NCBI RefSeq assembly: GCF_036321535.1
Contig: NC_087437.1
Location: forward strand, 85,872,001 to 85,936,000
DNA: 64,000 bases
DNA from: Camelus dromedarius
Taxonomy: Eukaryota
Direction of reading: 5' to 3'
Positions within the stretch are counted from its first letter, which is position 1. Every line of letters begins with the position of its first letter. The notes below the pieces were generated by a model. It was not told where the DNA came from. It made no database searches and was given only the letters and a program-made list of their open reading frames with translations. Shown here one piece after another: positions 13,726-27,264 of this stretch. Both the position numbers and the translations under genes were made by a program.

Positions 13726-16469
13726 AAGAAGTCTTGAATATCCTTAGGTCTTTTTACTCTATGTTGTTGAAAATGTTCATAATGATTTAATAGCATATTT
13801 AGTAGAGTCATAGAGCTTGTAAAGAAAGTCATTATGTTAGATAACACAATCAAGTTTCAAAATAATGAATAATATAGTTCAAGTCTAACAACATAAATAT
13901 TTCTTAAATAGAAACTTAAAAACTAATATGTAAGATATCAGTAAGGACCTGGATTTAGATTTTTTAAAAGTATACAAATATAAATCTAGGTAAATAAAGA
14001 TTAGTACTAGCTCTTGTAAAATATCAGGGAGTTATTGTTAACATGAAACACAATCCATCAGCAATGTGATGAGACCATCCAACAAGGTCAAACAATGTTA
14101 AGTTTCACAAGTGGACATAGAAAACCTACAATGATACAGTGAAAAATCTCATTTTAGTCTGTACAAATGAGACCACTCTGGGAATCTGTGTAAAATTTTG
14201 GGAATCACAATTTAAGAGGACTATTGGAAAATCAGGAGCCATCTAGAGAAGAATGAACAAATTAAGGAACTCAAGCTACATCAGTTTTGGAGTAGTTGAA
14301 AGAAACGTGAATGCTCAGCCACGAGAAAAGGGCTTAAGGAGAATTTGTTAACTGTTCAGATTTCTAAAGTGCTGTCATATTCAAACATATACAACTTGTT
14401 TAGAGGGAATCACTAGGACAAAAGAAGTGAACCACAGAGAAACAGATTTCGACACTATACAGAAACAGCTTTTGTAACAGTTATAGATGTGCACAAATAA
14501 AAGAGTCTGCCTCAGGGCAGAAAGCTTTCTCATCACCAGGGTGAGTTCAAGCAGAAAGAAGATTTTAACTTGTCAGATGTGATATGGAGAAGAAACAAGC
14601 ATGCAATGATAGTTGAACAAGATAATTTTTATAATCCCTTTAATGTCAGTGTTTTTCCGGTAATATGAAATAAGTAGATTTCACTACCATGTAGAAATTG
14701 TCTATTTTAATGCTTAATTCCCTAGAGATGCTGCAATTCCACCATATAGCTTCAGAGAAACAGAAAGAGTCAACTTTAAACAATCTCTACTTATCTAATC
14801 CATAAGAGAGTTCATAAATTTTCTGATTCCTAAGGACATAGAAAACACGCCATATTTTCATTAAGCAACAATTTCATGTAAGCTAGTATCGACTCATGAA
14901 ATGTCACACTCTGCTCTCTAACTGCAATGACAACATTGCTAAAATATAGTGTTTTTAAAGAACTCTATCTGTATCATTGTTTTGAGGATAGTGTCTCCAA
15001 AAGCATTCACTCAGGGAGTAACAATTCAGCTAAAACCAAGCCAAGAGAGTAGTGGATAATCTCTAACAGCAGTGCACTCATCTTGAAAAATCATCAGCCT
15101 CTCTGACTTTTCCACCTATGATCAACTAATTTGGAATGGATTTTCTACAGCTCTTCTCCTTTACCCTCAAAAGAAAAGAAAGTCATACTATCAATTTTTG
15201 ACATCGTACTTCCTTTTGTCTGGAATGAAGCCACTAAACACTGAAGGTTAAAGTCTTATATAAATTTAGATAGCAGAACTAAGTGAAAATGCAGCTTTTA
15301 TCACTGGACAATAATCTCATTGGAATAAACAAAAACTAATTTATCTTACATATCAGTATGTACAGAAAGCCCTTTAACTAAAGTATCTACAAATTACCCA
15401 CACCTTTTTAAGAGATCTTTAAAATACACCAAAGGGATTTGGGAGAAAGTTCAAGTCTATAAATCTGAAAGAACTTCCCATTAAACTACAAAATCTGTCT
15501 ATCATTGAGTTCTTTCAAACTTACATTTGCTTTCATAAAGTTAAAACTGCCCTTCCCCGTTCTTCTGTGTAATGTCTAAAAGGCATTATTCTTTGGAAGC
15601 TTTCTAACAATCTATGTGAAATAAACTGGTAGATTCCATCACTCTGAACAACCTTACTAATTTTTGAAGGAAACTTTAAAGACTTTACTTTTTACAAAAA
15701 GTGAAATATTTAAGGCTATTTATTACAAATTCTCTCTGCTTTCAGAGGACTGATGTAAGAAGCAAAAAAAAAAAAAAAAGGAAAACTACCCCCTTAAACT
15801 CTAATGAGCTGCTTTACAGAGAACAGCCCCTTTTTCAAGAACAATTTACTGGAAACTTTTATTATCCTTTTTATGAAATTAGGGGAAATAGTCAAGAACT
15901 ATTCCTTGAAAAGCATAAATAAGTGATAACTTTGGCTTTCAAAGCATTAACATATATTTGGAATTAAACTCCTGAGTACATTATATTACTTCTCAAATTA
16001 CTAAAAATTAATGCTAATTCTATTTTTTAAGTCATCCAACTTTTTGATAAATTACATTGTTAATAGTTATGTTTAGACATTTTTCAACTAGTATTTTTAC
16101 AAAAATAGGAAGAAAATCGTACATTAGACAACTTAATAACATGGACATTTATAAATTTCATATTCATTTACATAATATGTAATAGGTTTTTTTTTAATTT
16201 GTAATATTATTCATCAGTGTAACAACAGAAGTACTTACTATTTATACTTCTCAAGGCCCAGTCCTAGGACACTTGATTTTTGAGTCCCTTATCATCAACT
16301 CAAGTCTGAGGTGGATGGGTGAGTATTTCAGGATCAGTTCAGCTGTGTAAAGGAAGGAAGTGGGCTCCTGTTCAGTAGGACCTATCAAATCTGAAGGACT
16401 CTTGACCTGGCCAAAGAGAAAAACACTACCTAACTTACATAAATTTTTCCTATATAGGAATTAAGATTT

Positions 16470-16640
16470 TTTTTCCTCAAAGGAGCCACAACTTAGATTT
16501 TTGTGTGAAATTTCTCAATTTTGAAATGTTAGAATCTACCTCAAGGTTTTCAAAACACTATGCAGAACAATGTTATGAGAACTAAGCAAAACGCATGTGC
16601 AGCTGAAGGAAACATCACTGCACATGGTTCGCACCTCTGG
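16470..16640 (-). mobile_element. hAT-Charlie MITE (MER102/MER103-like) end
   Basis: GATTTTTGTGTGAAATTTCTC..AAATGTT..AAAACAC..GGTTCGCACCTCTG resembles the reverse of the CAGAGGTTGCAAAC terminus. Confidence 0.55.
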
Positions 16641-17569
16641 TCTGAGATATTCACAGGGCATCAAGAAGAGGGAGTCACAGTTCCTATTTTTAGACTCCCT
16701 CTTCACATTCTTCCTTCCTTCCAGACCTTAGTTCTCCAAATAATACCTCCTTTTCCTTCCTTCCCAGTCTACCCAAGTATGTCCTTCTTCCTTGAGAAAA
16801 AAAACAACTAAAACTTCAGGAACATAATAAGAGGTATATTAGAAAACCAACTCAGAGCTATTTAAATAGGCATTAGAGCCCACTATGATTCCTCTTCTGA
16901 GGGTAACTCATAGCTCTCTCCAGATGTTCCTACCTGGGCCTAGAACTAACCTTAACTGTGTGGCACTACCTTCAATTGTAAAATACAATAGACCAGAAAA
17001 GCTTTCAGTATGAACAAGTCCATTCAGAACTTGACTTCTGTATTGATTTATGAATCTTCTACAACCCATGCTTGTTATTAAAAATGACATTAGACAGATA
17101 TTAGATATTAGAAGCAGTAAGTTAGGCAAGAGCAAAAAGGTCGATCCAGTCTAGTAAGGATGTGTTCACCTTAGTTTCCAACTCAATTTGGAAACAAGCA
17201 TCCTAAGACATAGGAAAACAAGGAAGACCTTCCCAGTACCTTTCTAATTATTTAGGAAGACATATCTGAAGGTTTAGTGGTAAAAACAAAAAACAAAAAC
17301 AAAAACAAACCAGAAGAGTAACAACTGATAGTAAAAGGCCAAAGTTCCAACTTGCTGTCTTTTCTTCATTTAAACAGAAAAGGTCTTGATTATAATGCTT
17401 ACTAAGCCTTTCCTCCCTGTCTAGTATAAGAATTACAGCACAGGAATTACAGCCCTAATTTTAATATATCACATATAGAAACAAAAGAGTTGTATAAAAA
17501 AGAACTAACTTTTTTTTAATATTGAAAATTAAATTAAAGAAACACACAGCAAGGATTAAAGGAGTTTAG

Positions 17570-17950
17570 AAAAAGAAAGAATTTCATAAGTTAGAGTGAA
17601 CAAAGAAAGACTCGTATACGACAGAAAACTCAAACTGGAACATGAGGGAAAGTACTCTTGAAACACAGCAAAAAGAGCACCATTGAAGATTCAGAAAATT
17701 AGAAGAATCTACTATTTGGTTAAGAGACCTATTTTATAGGAGTGGAGGGATTTGTGAAGGGACACAATAAAAGCTGAGGCTGACAGGATGGACCAGGGTC
17801 AGTATGTGAGTTGTGAAAGTCAAATTTCAGGCTAAGAAGTTCAAACTGTATTTAGGCCCTATGTTTGGCCACCAGGAATTTTCTGTGAAGTATTAAGAGC
17901 AACTAGAAGTAAATTTGAATTTTCAGAAAATACATGGTGAGCCACTTATT
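17570..17950 (-). mobile_element. L2 fragment
   Basis: Purine-rich antisense L2 wording (CAGGCTAAGAAGTTCAAACTGTAT, TTTCAGAAAATAC). Confidence 0.5.
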
Positions 17951-18221
17951 AGAGAGACAGAATCTGAAACGTCTTTCCAAACTGTTTTGGCAAAAGCACA
18001 AATTAGCTGACCTTTAACGCAGACTGAAGGTCCATCTGCTTAGGTTAGCCCACCCAAAAGGGCATGCTGAATACCACTGCTCGTTGGTGCATCTGTGCCT
18101 TTTGAATCATTCTTTTAAAAACTTGGATATTTGCAACTATAAACTGCTCTAAGGCAGCCTAAAGTATCTTTTACAAGAAAAATAGTTATGCATATCTAAA
18201 TATACAATTCACTCAGCATTT

Positions 18222-19030
18222 TTAAAATATTATTGAAATACTGGTGACGTACAATATTATGATAGTCTCAGGTTACTGCATAGTGACTTGACATTTGCAC
18301 ACATTTTGAAATGATCACCACAAGTCTAGAAACCATCTGTCCACATACAAAGTTATTAAAATATTATTGACCACATTCTTTATGCTGTATATTACATCCC
18401 CATGGCTTATATATTTTATAACTGGAAGTTTGTACCTCTTAATCCCGTTCACACATTTTGCCCCTCTAGCCTCCTCCCCTCTGGCAATCACCAGTTTGTT
18501 CTCTGTATCCATGAGTCTCTTTTTTTTCATTTTGTTTTGTTTGTTTGTTTTGTTAGAAGCCACATATAAAGTGGGATCATATGATATTTATCTTCTCTGT
18601 CTGACTTATTTCACTCAGCATAATATATTCTACATCCATCCAAGTTGTTGCAAAGGACAAGATTTCATTTTTTATGGCTGAATGTCTATGTCTTCATCTA
18701 TGTCTGTATCTGTATCTATACCACATCTTTTTTATCCATTCATCTATCAATGGACACTTGATATGGATACATGGTTGATTCCATACACTGACTACTGTAA
18801 ATAAGGCAATGAACATTGAACACTGTGTGCATGCATCTTCTTTAATTACTATTTTTGTTTTCTTATGTAAAATACCCAGAAGTGAAATTGCTGAATCATA
18901 TGGCATTTCTGTTTTTAATTTTTAAAGAAAACTACATACTGTTTTCCATAGTGGCTGCACCAATCTACAATTCCACCAACAGTGCACAAGGATTCCCTTT
19001 TCTCCACATCCTTGCCAACACTTGTTATTT
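18222..19030 (-). mobile_element. L1 3' end (older laurasiatherian-type subfamily)
   Basis: Antisense 3'UTR (ATAACTGGAAGTTTGTACCTC, CTGACTTATTTCACTCAGCATAAT) and ORF2 C-terminus (minus ORF 18694-18906 'PYDSAISLLGI..KCPLIDEWIKKMWY'). Confidence 0.9.
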
Positions 19031-19034
19031 GATA

Positions 19035-19522
19035 TCTTTTTTTAAATTGAAGTACAGTCAGTTATAATGCATCAATTTTTGGTGTACAGCACAATGTCCC
19101 AGTCATGCATATACATACATATATTCATTTTCATATTCTTTTTCATTGAAGATTACCACAAGATATTAAACATAGTTCCCTGTGCTATACAGAAGAAACT
19201 TTTTTAAAATCTATTTTTATATATATATAGTGGCTAACATTTGTAAATCTCAAACTTCTAAATTTCTCCCTTCCCACCCCCATTCCCTGGTAACCATAAG
19301 ATCATTACTATGTCTGTGAGTCTGTTTCTGTTTTGTAGATGAGTTCATAGTGTCCTTTTTTTTATATATATTCCACATATGAGTGATATCATATGGTATT
19401 TTTCTTTCTCTTTCTGGTTTACTTCCCTTAGAATGACAATCTCTAGGTCTATCCATGTTGCTGTAAATGGCATTATTTTATTCTTTTCTATGGCTGAGTA
19501 ATATTCCATTTTATAAATATAC
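19035..19522 (-). mobile_element. Younger camelid-type L1 3' end
   Basis: T-tail + TTGAAGTACAGTCAGTTA..GTTCCCTGTGCTATACAGAAGAAAC..GGTAACCATAAG; same family as the + strand copy at 43268-43590. Confidence 0.9.
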
Positions 19523-19904
19523 TGTAAAAACTGGCTGTCTTTAGAATGATGTTACTTAAAAATTATAGGATAATGATTTGAGTAGTTCCCAAAGGAATAG
19601 TCCCCAGCCAACTCATGTGGCCATTTAAGGAAATTTTAAAGTCCACCTTCCTCCAAGAAGGAAAACACCACTAAATGTAAGGTGGGTAGTATTCACCTGG
19701 CGAAAATTTATTGAGCAATTACTTTATTCATAGTCTTGTGTGGGAAAATTGTCATCAATATCTCCTTTCCTTCAAAACATATGTAATTTATTATGGTAGG
19801 CACACATAACATTGAAATGCAAATGATAAGAAATAAAGAGAATATTCTAAAGGAAAGAGTAAACTTGCAACAGATATAAAGGGAAACATGCTGTAGGAAT
19901 ACTG

Positions 19905-20280
19905 AGCAGAATAGCACAGTTGAAGGTTTTTCAAGGTTGAGGCTGGCTACACTGAAGGAGCTTGGATATAAAGATTAAGGGTCTGGATTTTACACTGTGA
20001 GAAGTAGAGCGCTACTAAAGACTCAAAGCTGAACAATGATAGACTCAATCTGACTTTTAGGAAGATTGATCTGGCAGTGATGCTTAGGATGTGGTGAAGT
20101 GGGGAAAGTCTGAAGACATGGAAATCAGGTGGAAGGCTAGTGCAATAGTCCGATGAAAATATGAAAAGGGACTAAAAAATTTAGTGTCCATCAGAATGAA
20201 AATTTCAGAAGGATTTTTTTTAAATCAATAACTTTAATAACTAAGTGGATATAAAGGGAAAGAAAGAAATTAAAGATGAC
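19905..20280 (-). mobile_element. L2 fragment
   Basis: TTTTAGGAAGATTGATCTGGCAG..GGAAGGCTAGTGCAATAGTCC..AAAGATGACT is typical antisense L2. Confidence 0.7.
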
Positions 20281-20344
20281 TATTACTGTCTTAAGGTGCC
20301 ATATAAACAGGTCAGCTCAGATACACTGACCTTTGATGGAAATC

Positions 20345-20610
20345 ATTATAAGAGTAGCTCTTACCCAGCACTTACCACAGCCAGACACTCTTCTAAGTGT
20401 CATACATATTAACTTACTTAGTACTCACAATAATACTATGACAAATAGTATTATTAGTACAATTTTTTAGCTAAAAAATAATTGGGAAAGAGAGTGAAGT
20501 GAAAAGAAGTGAAAAGACTAAAGCCACACAACCAGTATGCAACAATGCCAGATCTGAATCCAGACTGTCTGGCTTGAAGGTAAATGGCTTTACTCATTAC
20601 ACATACCACC
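20345..20610 (-). mobile_element. MIR SINE
   Basis: CAGCACTTACCACAGCCAGACACTCTTCTAAG..CTCACAATAATACTATG..GATCTGAATCCAGACTGTCTGGCT. Confidence 0.7.
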
Positions 20611-21460
20611 CCTCACCATTTCTATAGGAGACAACACACTGCTGTCATCAGTGTAATACTCACAAAAACGCTTCCCTCCTAAGATTGGTACAGCATTTGT
20701 ACAATACTCCCTCCTTCTAAGATTCTGCTTCAACACCGAGTACCAAAACTGATAACCCATGAAATATGATCAGTTAGAGATTAGATTTTATCCTTATCTT
20801 TTTTATAATCTAGTCAATGCCAAAGAGATGAAAAGCTGCCAAATACTGTAATTAGAAACAGTGGTCTAGAACTGACAGCATAATTACTGGAAGTTAGACA
20901 TGTCAGATTTCATGAGTGGTCTGAAATAGAAGACTCATGTAAAGACCTTTAATTTTTCCATATTTTATGCCACAATGTTGATTTTTTTATACTTTACTGT
21001 GTTTCAAAAAATAATTAAGGGTTCAAAATCAGTGAATTGCTAGAACTCACTAGTGAAGAGCAGTGCTCCTGGCTGTGGAGAGCAGTTGCAGCCCACAGGA
21101 TAGTGGACATGAAGTGATTAAGGGATCATTCCCTTGGAGCTGCTGCACCCCTGTGGGTGGAGGAGGGAGCTATGTTTGATACTATCACAGTGTCATGCAA
21201 ATGGGATCTGATTGCAACTTAGGCTCTGGGTTGTAACTGACATTTCCTAGTTTAGGGTTCCTTCCCTCATCTCTGAATAGAACACCAGTCATGGCACATA
21301 ATGCAAAGATGCAGGACAGAATATCTAAATTAAAGACAGAGTGCTGAAGTGGCTTGCAGAAACAGAGCAGATGACCAATATTTTTTTCAAGTATATTTGG
21401 AAACCATTTGTAATCAAAATTTTAAATAGTAACATCTATTTAATGCATAAAATGTTTTTA

Positions 21461-21484
21461 TACACACACACACACACACACACA
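21461..21484. repeat. (CA)n microsatellite
   Basis: TACACACACACACACACACACACA. Confidence 0.95.
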
Positions 21485-21489
21485 GAGTC

Positions 21490-21665
21490 CTTTTTAACCC
21501 TCATAATACCCCTATCAGGTAGATGCTATTATTATCACCATTTTACAGATAAGGAAACTGAGGCATAAAACCATTAAGTAACTTTGCAAGGTCACATAGC
21601 TTGTAAGAGGCAGAGTCAGGATACAAACCTAGGTAACTTGGCTTCAAAGTAGGCACTTTCAATGC
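21490..21665 (-). mobile_element. MIR SINE core
   Basis: CCATTTTACAGATAAGGAAACTGAGGCA..AAGTAACTTTGCAAGGTCACATAGC. Confidence 0.9.
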
Positions 21666-22805
21666 TATACATAGCCACTTATCAGTGCACACTGGAACAA
21701 AACAGACTTTTCAAATATATTCACAGAACTTTCATAAAGTGCACTTTGAACATTTGCAAATGAAAAGACTCAGGAATTTCTGCCAGCAGTATTAAGGACT
21801 CTGAAAGAAGACATCCCAGCCCAGAATATTGTGAGACAAGATTGAAAAGACACAACAAAACTAATTATCAGAACTGGGGCAATGCAACAAGGAAGCCAAT
21901 TTAGGCCAGAATCAAGACTGACCCCTTAATTACACGAATTTAGAGTCATTAGCTAAAGTTGATGAGACAGAAATAGAAGTTCCCATTCCAGGTTTGGGGG
22001 AGGCACTTTCAATGAATTATTTTTAGTATTTCTGAACTTCTATGTAATAGAATCTTTGTAGAGACCAAGGGTATTTAAGTATGCCTTACAGAAATCTATT
22101 TTAACATAACATAAATTAAGTCTGTCTAGGTCTCCTAAAGAATACATAAATAAATGAATCAAGAAAGTATTTTTATTCTAACTATGGAACACCATAGAAG
22201 AGTAATCTTTGCACATTTTTTTAATCCCATAGGAATAGAAATTGGCCAATGTACTATGTAGAAACCAGTTATTATTATTGGACATATTGGAATCAAACCC
22301 ACCTGGCAGAGTCTGGCTAATCTTAACATTTCAAAGAAGAAATCTACCATTTTAGAGACTGGTAGTAACTGACATATTTTTAGGTGGAAATTGGCATTTG
22401 TATTTAGAGCAGACTTTTCTTTATACTAAGAAGGACCACTTGGAGAGTCCTGTAGGTTATGAAGATTCTTTAGTGAAAATTTACACTAAAGTTTAGTAGT
22501 GCTCACAACACTAAACCACAAAAGAATGAGAGAAACAACATTTGGTTTTCAGTGCACATCTTTGGCTTTTTCCTGAGACCAGCTTACTGATGAAGTGGGC
22601 AGGCAGAACTAATCCCCTCTCTATTTCACATTGGAGAACAGACTCTGAGAAGGAACTTGACTGGATGCAGCACCCAGTCCTGGACACTAGGTATCCTCCA
22701 CAGAATGCTGTTTACGATTTAATAAGTCAGACTGTTGGAAACCTACCACCAAATACTGTGATGCTCTGCTGTAGCTGTGTGCCTGGTGCTGCAACAGGAA
22801 CTTAC

Positions 22806-22858
22806 CGTCTAAGGGAGTGGACGTTATCAATGTCGATCATGTTAGAACATGTTTAAGC
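22806..22858 (-). other. Candidate exon (53 nt) of an unannotated minus-strand transcript
   Basis: Minus strand: cctgatgtcctgtcttag|GCTT...AGACG|gtaagt. Confidence 0.3.
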
Positions 22859-23247
22859 CTAAGACAGGACATCAGGCAAGGTATGGCAGGAAAGAACATT
22901 TATTTTCTCTTGAGTTGGGAGGACAGGAGTGCAGAGGCTAAGGACAGGGATGAGACCCAGAAAGTTGAGATGTGGTGATGGTTTGAAGAATCTCATTGGT
23001 GTGGGGCAAGGGTGAGCTTCTGCTATCTGGAGACGTACTTGAGGTGAAGCAAGGATTCAGATTTTGACTCTTGAGTCTGAGGGCTCTAAGAGTAATAAAT
23101 ACAAGTAAATAGCAGCTTAAATTTGTACTTGTAACATGCAGTAATGTCTTATAAAAAGTTACATCCTGGTCTTGCTCGAGCGCTGGGGGATAAAAAGAAA
23201 TGTTTTTTTTCCTTCCAGAAGCCAGAGGCAGTGGCAGTGGTACTCAC

Positions 23248-23363
23248 CTTTGGGGGATGACCATGCCAATGGGGTAGCAGGAGCAGAGGCAGAAGAGGCA
23301 ACAAGCAGGGCCAGACGAGGAGGCTGGAGCAGAGAAACTGAGGAAGTCATGAGCATCGGAAAC
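23248..23363 (-). other. Candidate exon (116 nt) of an unannotated minus-strand transcript
   Basis: Minus strand: cttttctgatttttttccag|GTTTCC...CCCAAAG|gtgagt; both sites are near consensus. Confidence 0.45.
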
Positions 23364-24509
23364 CTGGAAAAAAATCAGAAAAGCAGCTAGGACAGTTTTG
23401 GAGGGGGTGCAATTTCTGTCAATTATTCTGGTGCTTGTACTGAAATAATTTAATATGAAATAAAATTTTATTTTTTATTACCGGTTTGTGAGTCCAGTTT
23501 ATACTGAGGAGGATGGCGGTGGTGGTGGTAGTGGTGGTGATAGTGGTATTAAACAAACATTTCAGACTTCACCAAGTTATAAGCTCACATTTCCCCTTAA
23601 TGTTCAAATCATGATTGGTTAATCTTCAACTTTTTGAAATCTTAAGATCTTCAGACTTAATACTCTCTACCAGATTCCAATCTTCAAGTGTTGGTGAGGA
23701 TATGTAGGGGATACTTACGTGTTCCTCAGATTCACTCTGTTTTTTACAAACCACCTTAGCCAGGGGTCAGGCTTGTGATCACCACCACCTCTTCCACAGT
23801 CCACCTTCTATTTTCTTGAGACTGAGGACTCATAAATCAATGCTACTTTCCCTGGACCACATGGTCCTTCACATTGGCACCAACCTTCCTTTTATTCTCC
23901 ATGGTGACAGGTGACCAGGTTACAACATTTGTAAGGATTTTCCAGAAGTTTGGAAACAACACAAAGGAATTACAAACCTGAGTATTTAAACCTGGACCCT
24001 AAATCTGGCATCCTCAGGTCCACAGTCTTAAGCCCCTTCATTTGTCCTTTCTTCCTGTGTGGCACTCCCCCTGTGACCTGCTCTGTCATCATGTGTACTT
24101 TCCTAGGGTAAGTGCACAGAAGCATGTCTCCCTCCCCTTGGGATCTAAGCCCCAACTACCTGAGCCCTGAAAAAGGGAAACAGTTTCCCCCATTATGCTA
24201 GTCTAAATCTTGTCACTCATGTTCCACATTTCTGCCCTGGGATTAAACTCTTCCCTGGATACTTGAAAATATGAATGCATATTTTTACACTAAGGATTGG
24301 CCTTGCCTAAAGTAGCCATTAGAACAACTCATCAGAATCTAACATTCTTCTATTATTTCTCTAGCCAGGATAATTCATTCTTAAATACCATCTCAAAAAA
24401 AGACAGTACTCTGACAGTCAGAATAAGCTTTAGAATCTCAAAATGTGCACTTTACGGGTCTCTCTCATTACATGATGTGAATATATGTCCCTCTATCCTG
24501 GCTGCCAGT

Positions 24510-24670
24510 CTTTCAGTCTCTACTTCTCACAACTCTATGGGATGAGTTCAGTTATTATACCTATAGTTACAGACAGGTTATATAGCTTGCCTAAAGTGAA
24601 GTAGTTAGTAAATGAGGGGTCTGTAATTCATGCCTAGGCAGAATGACTTCAGAACCTTCTTCCTCAACCA
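24510..24670 (-). mobile_element. MIR SINE
   Basis: CTCACAACTCTATGGGATGAG..GCTTGCCTAAAG..GTTAGTAAATG..CCTAGGCAGAATGACTTCAGA. Confidence 0.65.
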
Positions 24671-25626
24671 TGACTCTGAAACCGCTTTAGAAAAGAATTT
24701 CCCAAGGTGATGCGGTTTAAACACCTATTTAGAAAAGAAACATGTCTTTCCAAAAGAAGCAATCCAGTGCTCTTCCAATAGCCTTTGAGGCATGTAGAAT
24801 AACTCTTTATTTTTTCAGAGTCATTAAACTGCTTGTGTGTGACTCAAGTTCTGGGAGGCACACTTGGTGAGCGGTACTGAGATTTAGGTCCATTCTCCTT
24901 GTGCTTTCAGTTGGAACATTAGGGATATATATATGAAGAGTGTCTTTCTTTGCAAAATGTTAGAATGGATAATATCCCATTTTTTTGTTTTCCATTCTCT
25001 ACTGAGGCAAGTGAAAATCATTAGCTTCTTTTAAGAGAAATCCTACACTGTCAGGACAAATAGAATGAGTACACGAGCACTGGGTTTTCAGGTAGGTTCC
25101 TTCAGCATCGGCTATCAGACCTGCCAAACCACATCTTCATGTGTGTGAAACAGAGGAAGTGCTGGCCGCATCTATTGCATGCACCTGCTGTGGGGCTTAA
25201 ATGAGTTAAAATGCAAGAGCACCCTGACAAATATGAAGTGCTTTGTAAGGACAAGTTTTTATGGATATACCACTGCAAGAAAAACAAAATGCAATAAGTC
25301 ACAAAATAAAACAGAATGCCATTCCACATCATCTTCCTAAAAGTAGGATATAGCTATCATTCCATACAGGAACCTGATGTGTTAGAATAAAATGTCCCTA
25401 AAGTTAGAATTTAATATAGGTGACTATTTGTTACACTGATACCCATTTTGTATTTTAAAAACTACTTTATGTGGGAAAATTTGTCGGCATATACATATAA
25501 AAAGTTATTTAAGAATGCTTTTATAAATAAGTCTCAAAAATAAATGTTCAAATTTTTAAGAGTAGTTATCTTTGAAAACTGGAATTACAACTTTGGGGGT
25601 AGTGCTAAAAAATTATTTCAATTTTG

Positions 25627-25768
25627 GGGGGAGGGCATAGTTCAGTGGTAGGGTGTGTGCCCAGCATGCACAAGGTCCTGGGTTCAATCCCCAGTACCTC
25701 CATTAAAATAAATAAAATAAAATTTAAAAAAACCTAATTACTTCTTTCTCCTCAATAAATAAATAAAA
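25627..25768 (+). mobile_element. Camelid tRNA-derived SINE (vic-1-like)
   Basis: GGGGAGGGCATAGTTCAGTGGTAG (A box) ..GGTCCTGGGTTCAATCCCCAGTACCTCC (B box), then an A-rich linker, AAACCTAATTAC and an (AATA)n tail. Confidence 0.85.
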
Positions 25769-25959
25769 TTTATTTAATTTAATTTTTTGGTCAATAAGCA
25801 TGCATTTTTTGTGAAATCATAAAATGTATTTTATAATAATTCTTCTTTGCCTCAGGAAAACTCCTAGGGCATTAGATGTAAAAATATCGTTGCAAAATTA
25901 ATAAGAAAAAATGCAGAAAAATAATAAGGCAAATGGGAGCAATGATTAGAACCTTAATT

Positions 25960-26240
25960 CTATCTGTAACAAAAAATACAGTTCAGTGACCTCAAATAAA
26001 AAGAATTATTCCTTGCAAATTTTCTATGATTGGTTGCTCCTGTGTTGCATGGAGTAACAACAGCTCAATGTTATTCTCATTTAGAGACCTAGGCTCCATC
26101 ATATAGAACATCACTGGATACCATGACAGAGGGAAAGGAGAGAAGCAGACAATTTCATGAGATGTGATACATGTCACTTTTGTTGACTTATCACTGGCCA
26201 AAGCACATTACATGGTGATCAGCACTTAGGTCTACCACAC
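25960..26240 (-). mobile_element. Old MaLR LTR fragment (MLT1J/K-like)
   Basis: GAGACCTAGGCTCCATC..GATGTGATACATGTCACTTTTG..CACTGGCCAAAGCACATTACATGG. Confidence 0.55.
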
Positions 26241-26385
26241 TGTTTTTTATCAGTGAATATTGGGGGAAAGACAGACAGAATTATCCTGTCCGAAGACTTG
26301 TCCCTCACACATATTATTTATACTTTTCACAAAAAGTAGAATGCAGTTCTCAAATTTATGACCTGTAAGTCACTTAAGAAAATGT

Positions 26386-27264
26386 GTGGCCAACAGGCAC
26401 ATGAAAAGATGTTCAACATCGCCAGTTATTAGAGAAATGCAAATCAAAACTACAGTGGAGTATCACATCACACCAGTCAGATTGGCCATCATTCAAAAGT
26501 CTACAAATAGTAAATGCTGGAAAGGGTGTGGAGGAAAGGGAACCTTCCTATGCTGTTGGTGGTAATGTAAATTGGTTATGGAGAACAGTATGGGGGTTTC
26601 TTTAAAAACTAAAAATGGAGTTACTATATGATCCAGCAATACCACTCCTCGGCATATATAAGGAGAAAACTCTAATTCAAAAATATACATGCACCCCAGT
26701 GTTCACAGCAGCACTGTTTACAATAGCTGAGACATGGAAGCAACCTAATAGTCCATCAACAGATGAATGGATAAAGAAGGTGCGGTATATTTATACAATG
26801 GAATATTATTACTCAACTATAAAAAGGAATGAAATAATGTCACTTGCAGCAACATGGATGGACCTAGAGATTATCATACTAAGTGCAGTAAGTCAGAGAA
26901 AGACAAATATCATGTGATACCACTTACATGTAGAATCTAGAAAAATAATAGAAATGAATTTACTTACAAAACAGAAATAGACTCATAGACATAGAATACA
27001 AACTTAGGGTTACCAAAGAGGAAGGTGGGGGATAGGGATAAATTAGGAGTTTGGGATTAACAGATACACACTACTATATATAAAATAGATAAACAACAAG
27101 GACCTACTGTATAGCACAGGGAACTTATTCAACATCTTATAATAATATAATGGAAAAGAATCTGAAAAAGAATGTATGTATATAAAACCGAATCACTTTT
27201 CTGTACACCTGAAAGTAACATGACATTGTAAATTAAGTACACTTCAATTTAAAAGGGGGAAAAA
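26386..27264 (+). mobile_element. 5'-truncated L1 (ORF2 C-terminus + 3'UTR)
   Basis: ORF 26615-26917 'ELLYDPAIPLLGIY..DEWIKK..WMDLEIIILS' is the L1 ORF2 C-terminus. A-rich tail; probable TSD AAGAAAATGT (26376-26385) / AAGGAAATGT (27265-27274). Confidence 0.95.

Larger units (their letters stand above)
12400..14650 (+). mobile_element. L3/CR1 LINE relic, fragmented by MaLR insertions
   Basis: FKSPGLKRLHTRVW*KLADEI at ~12570-12635 resembles CR1 KSPGPDGLHPRVLKELADVI. RPLWESV.FW.SQFKRTI at ~14170-14225 and a MIR3/L3-like tail follow, ending ~14640. Confidence 0.75.

Noticed and set aside
25627..25700. tRNA gene
   Set aside because: The head is followed by the SINE body and A-rich tail and the A box is mutated; it is a tRNA-derived SINE.
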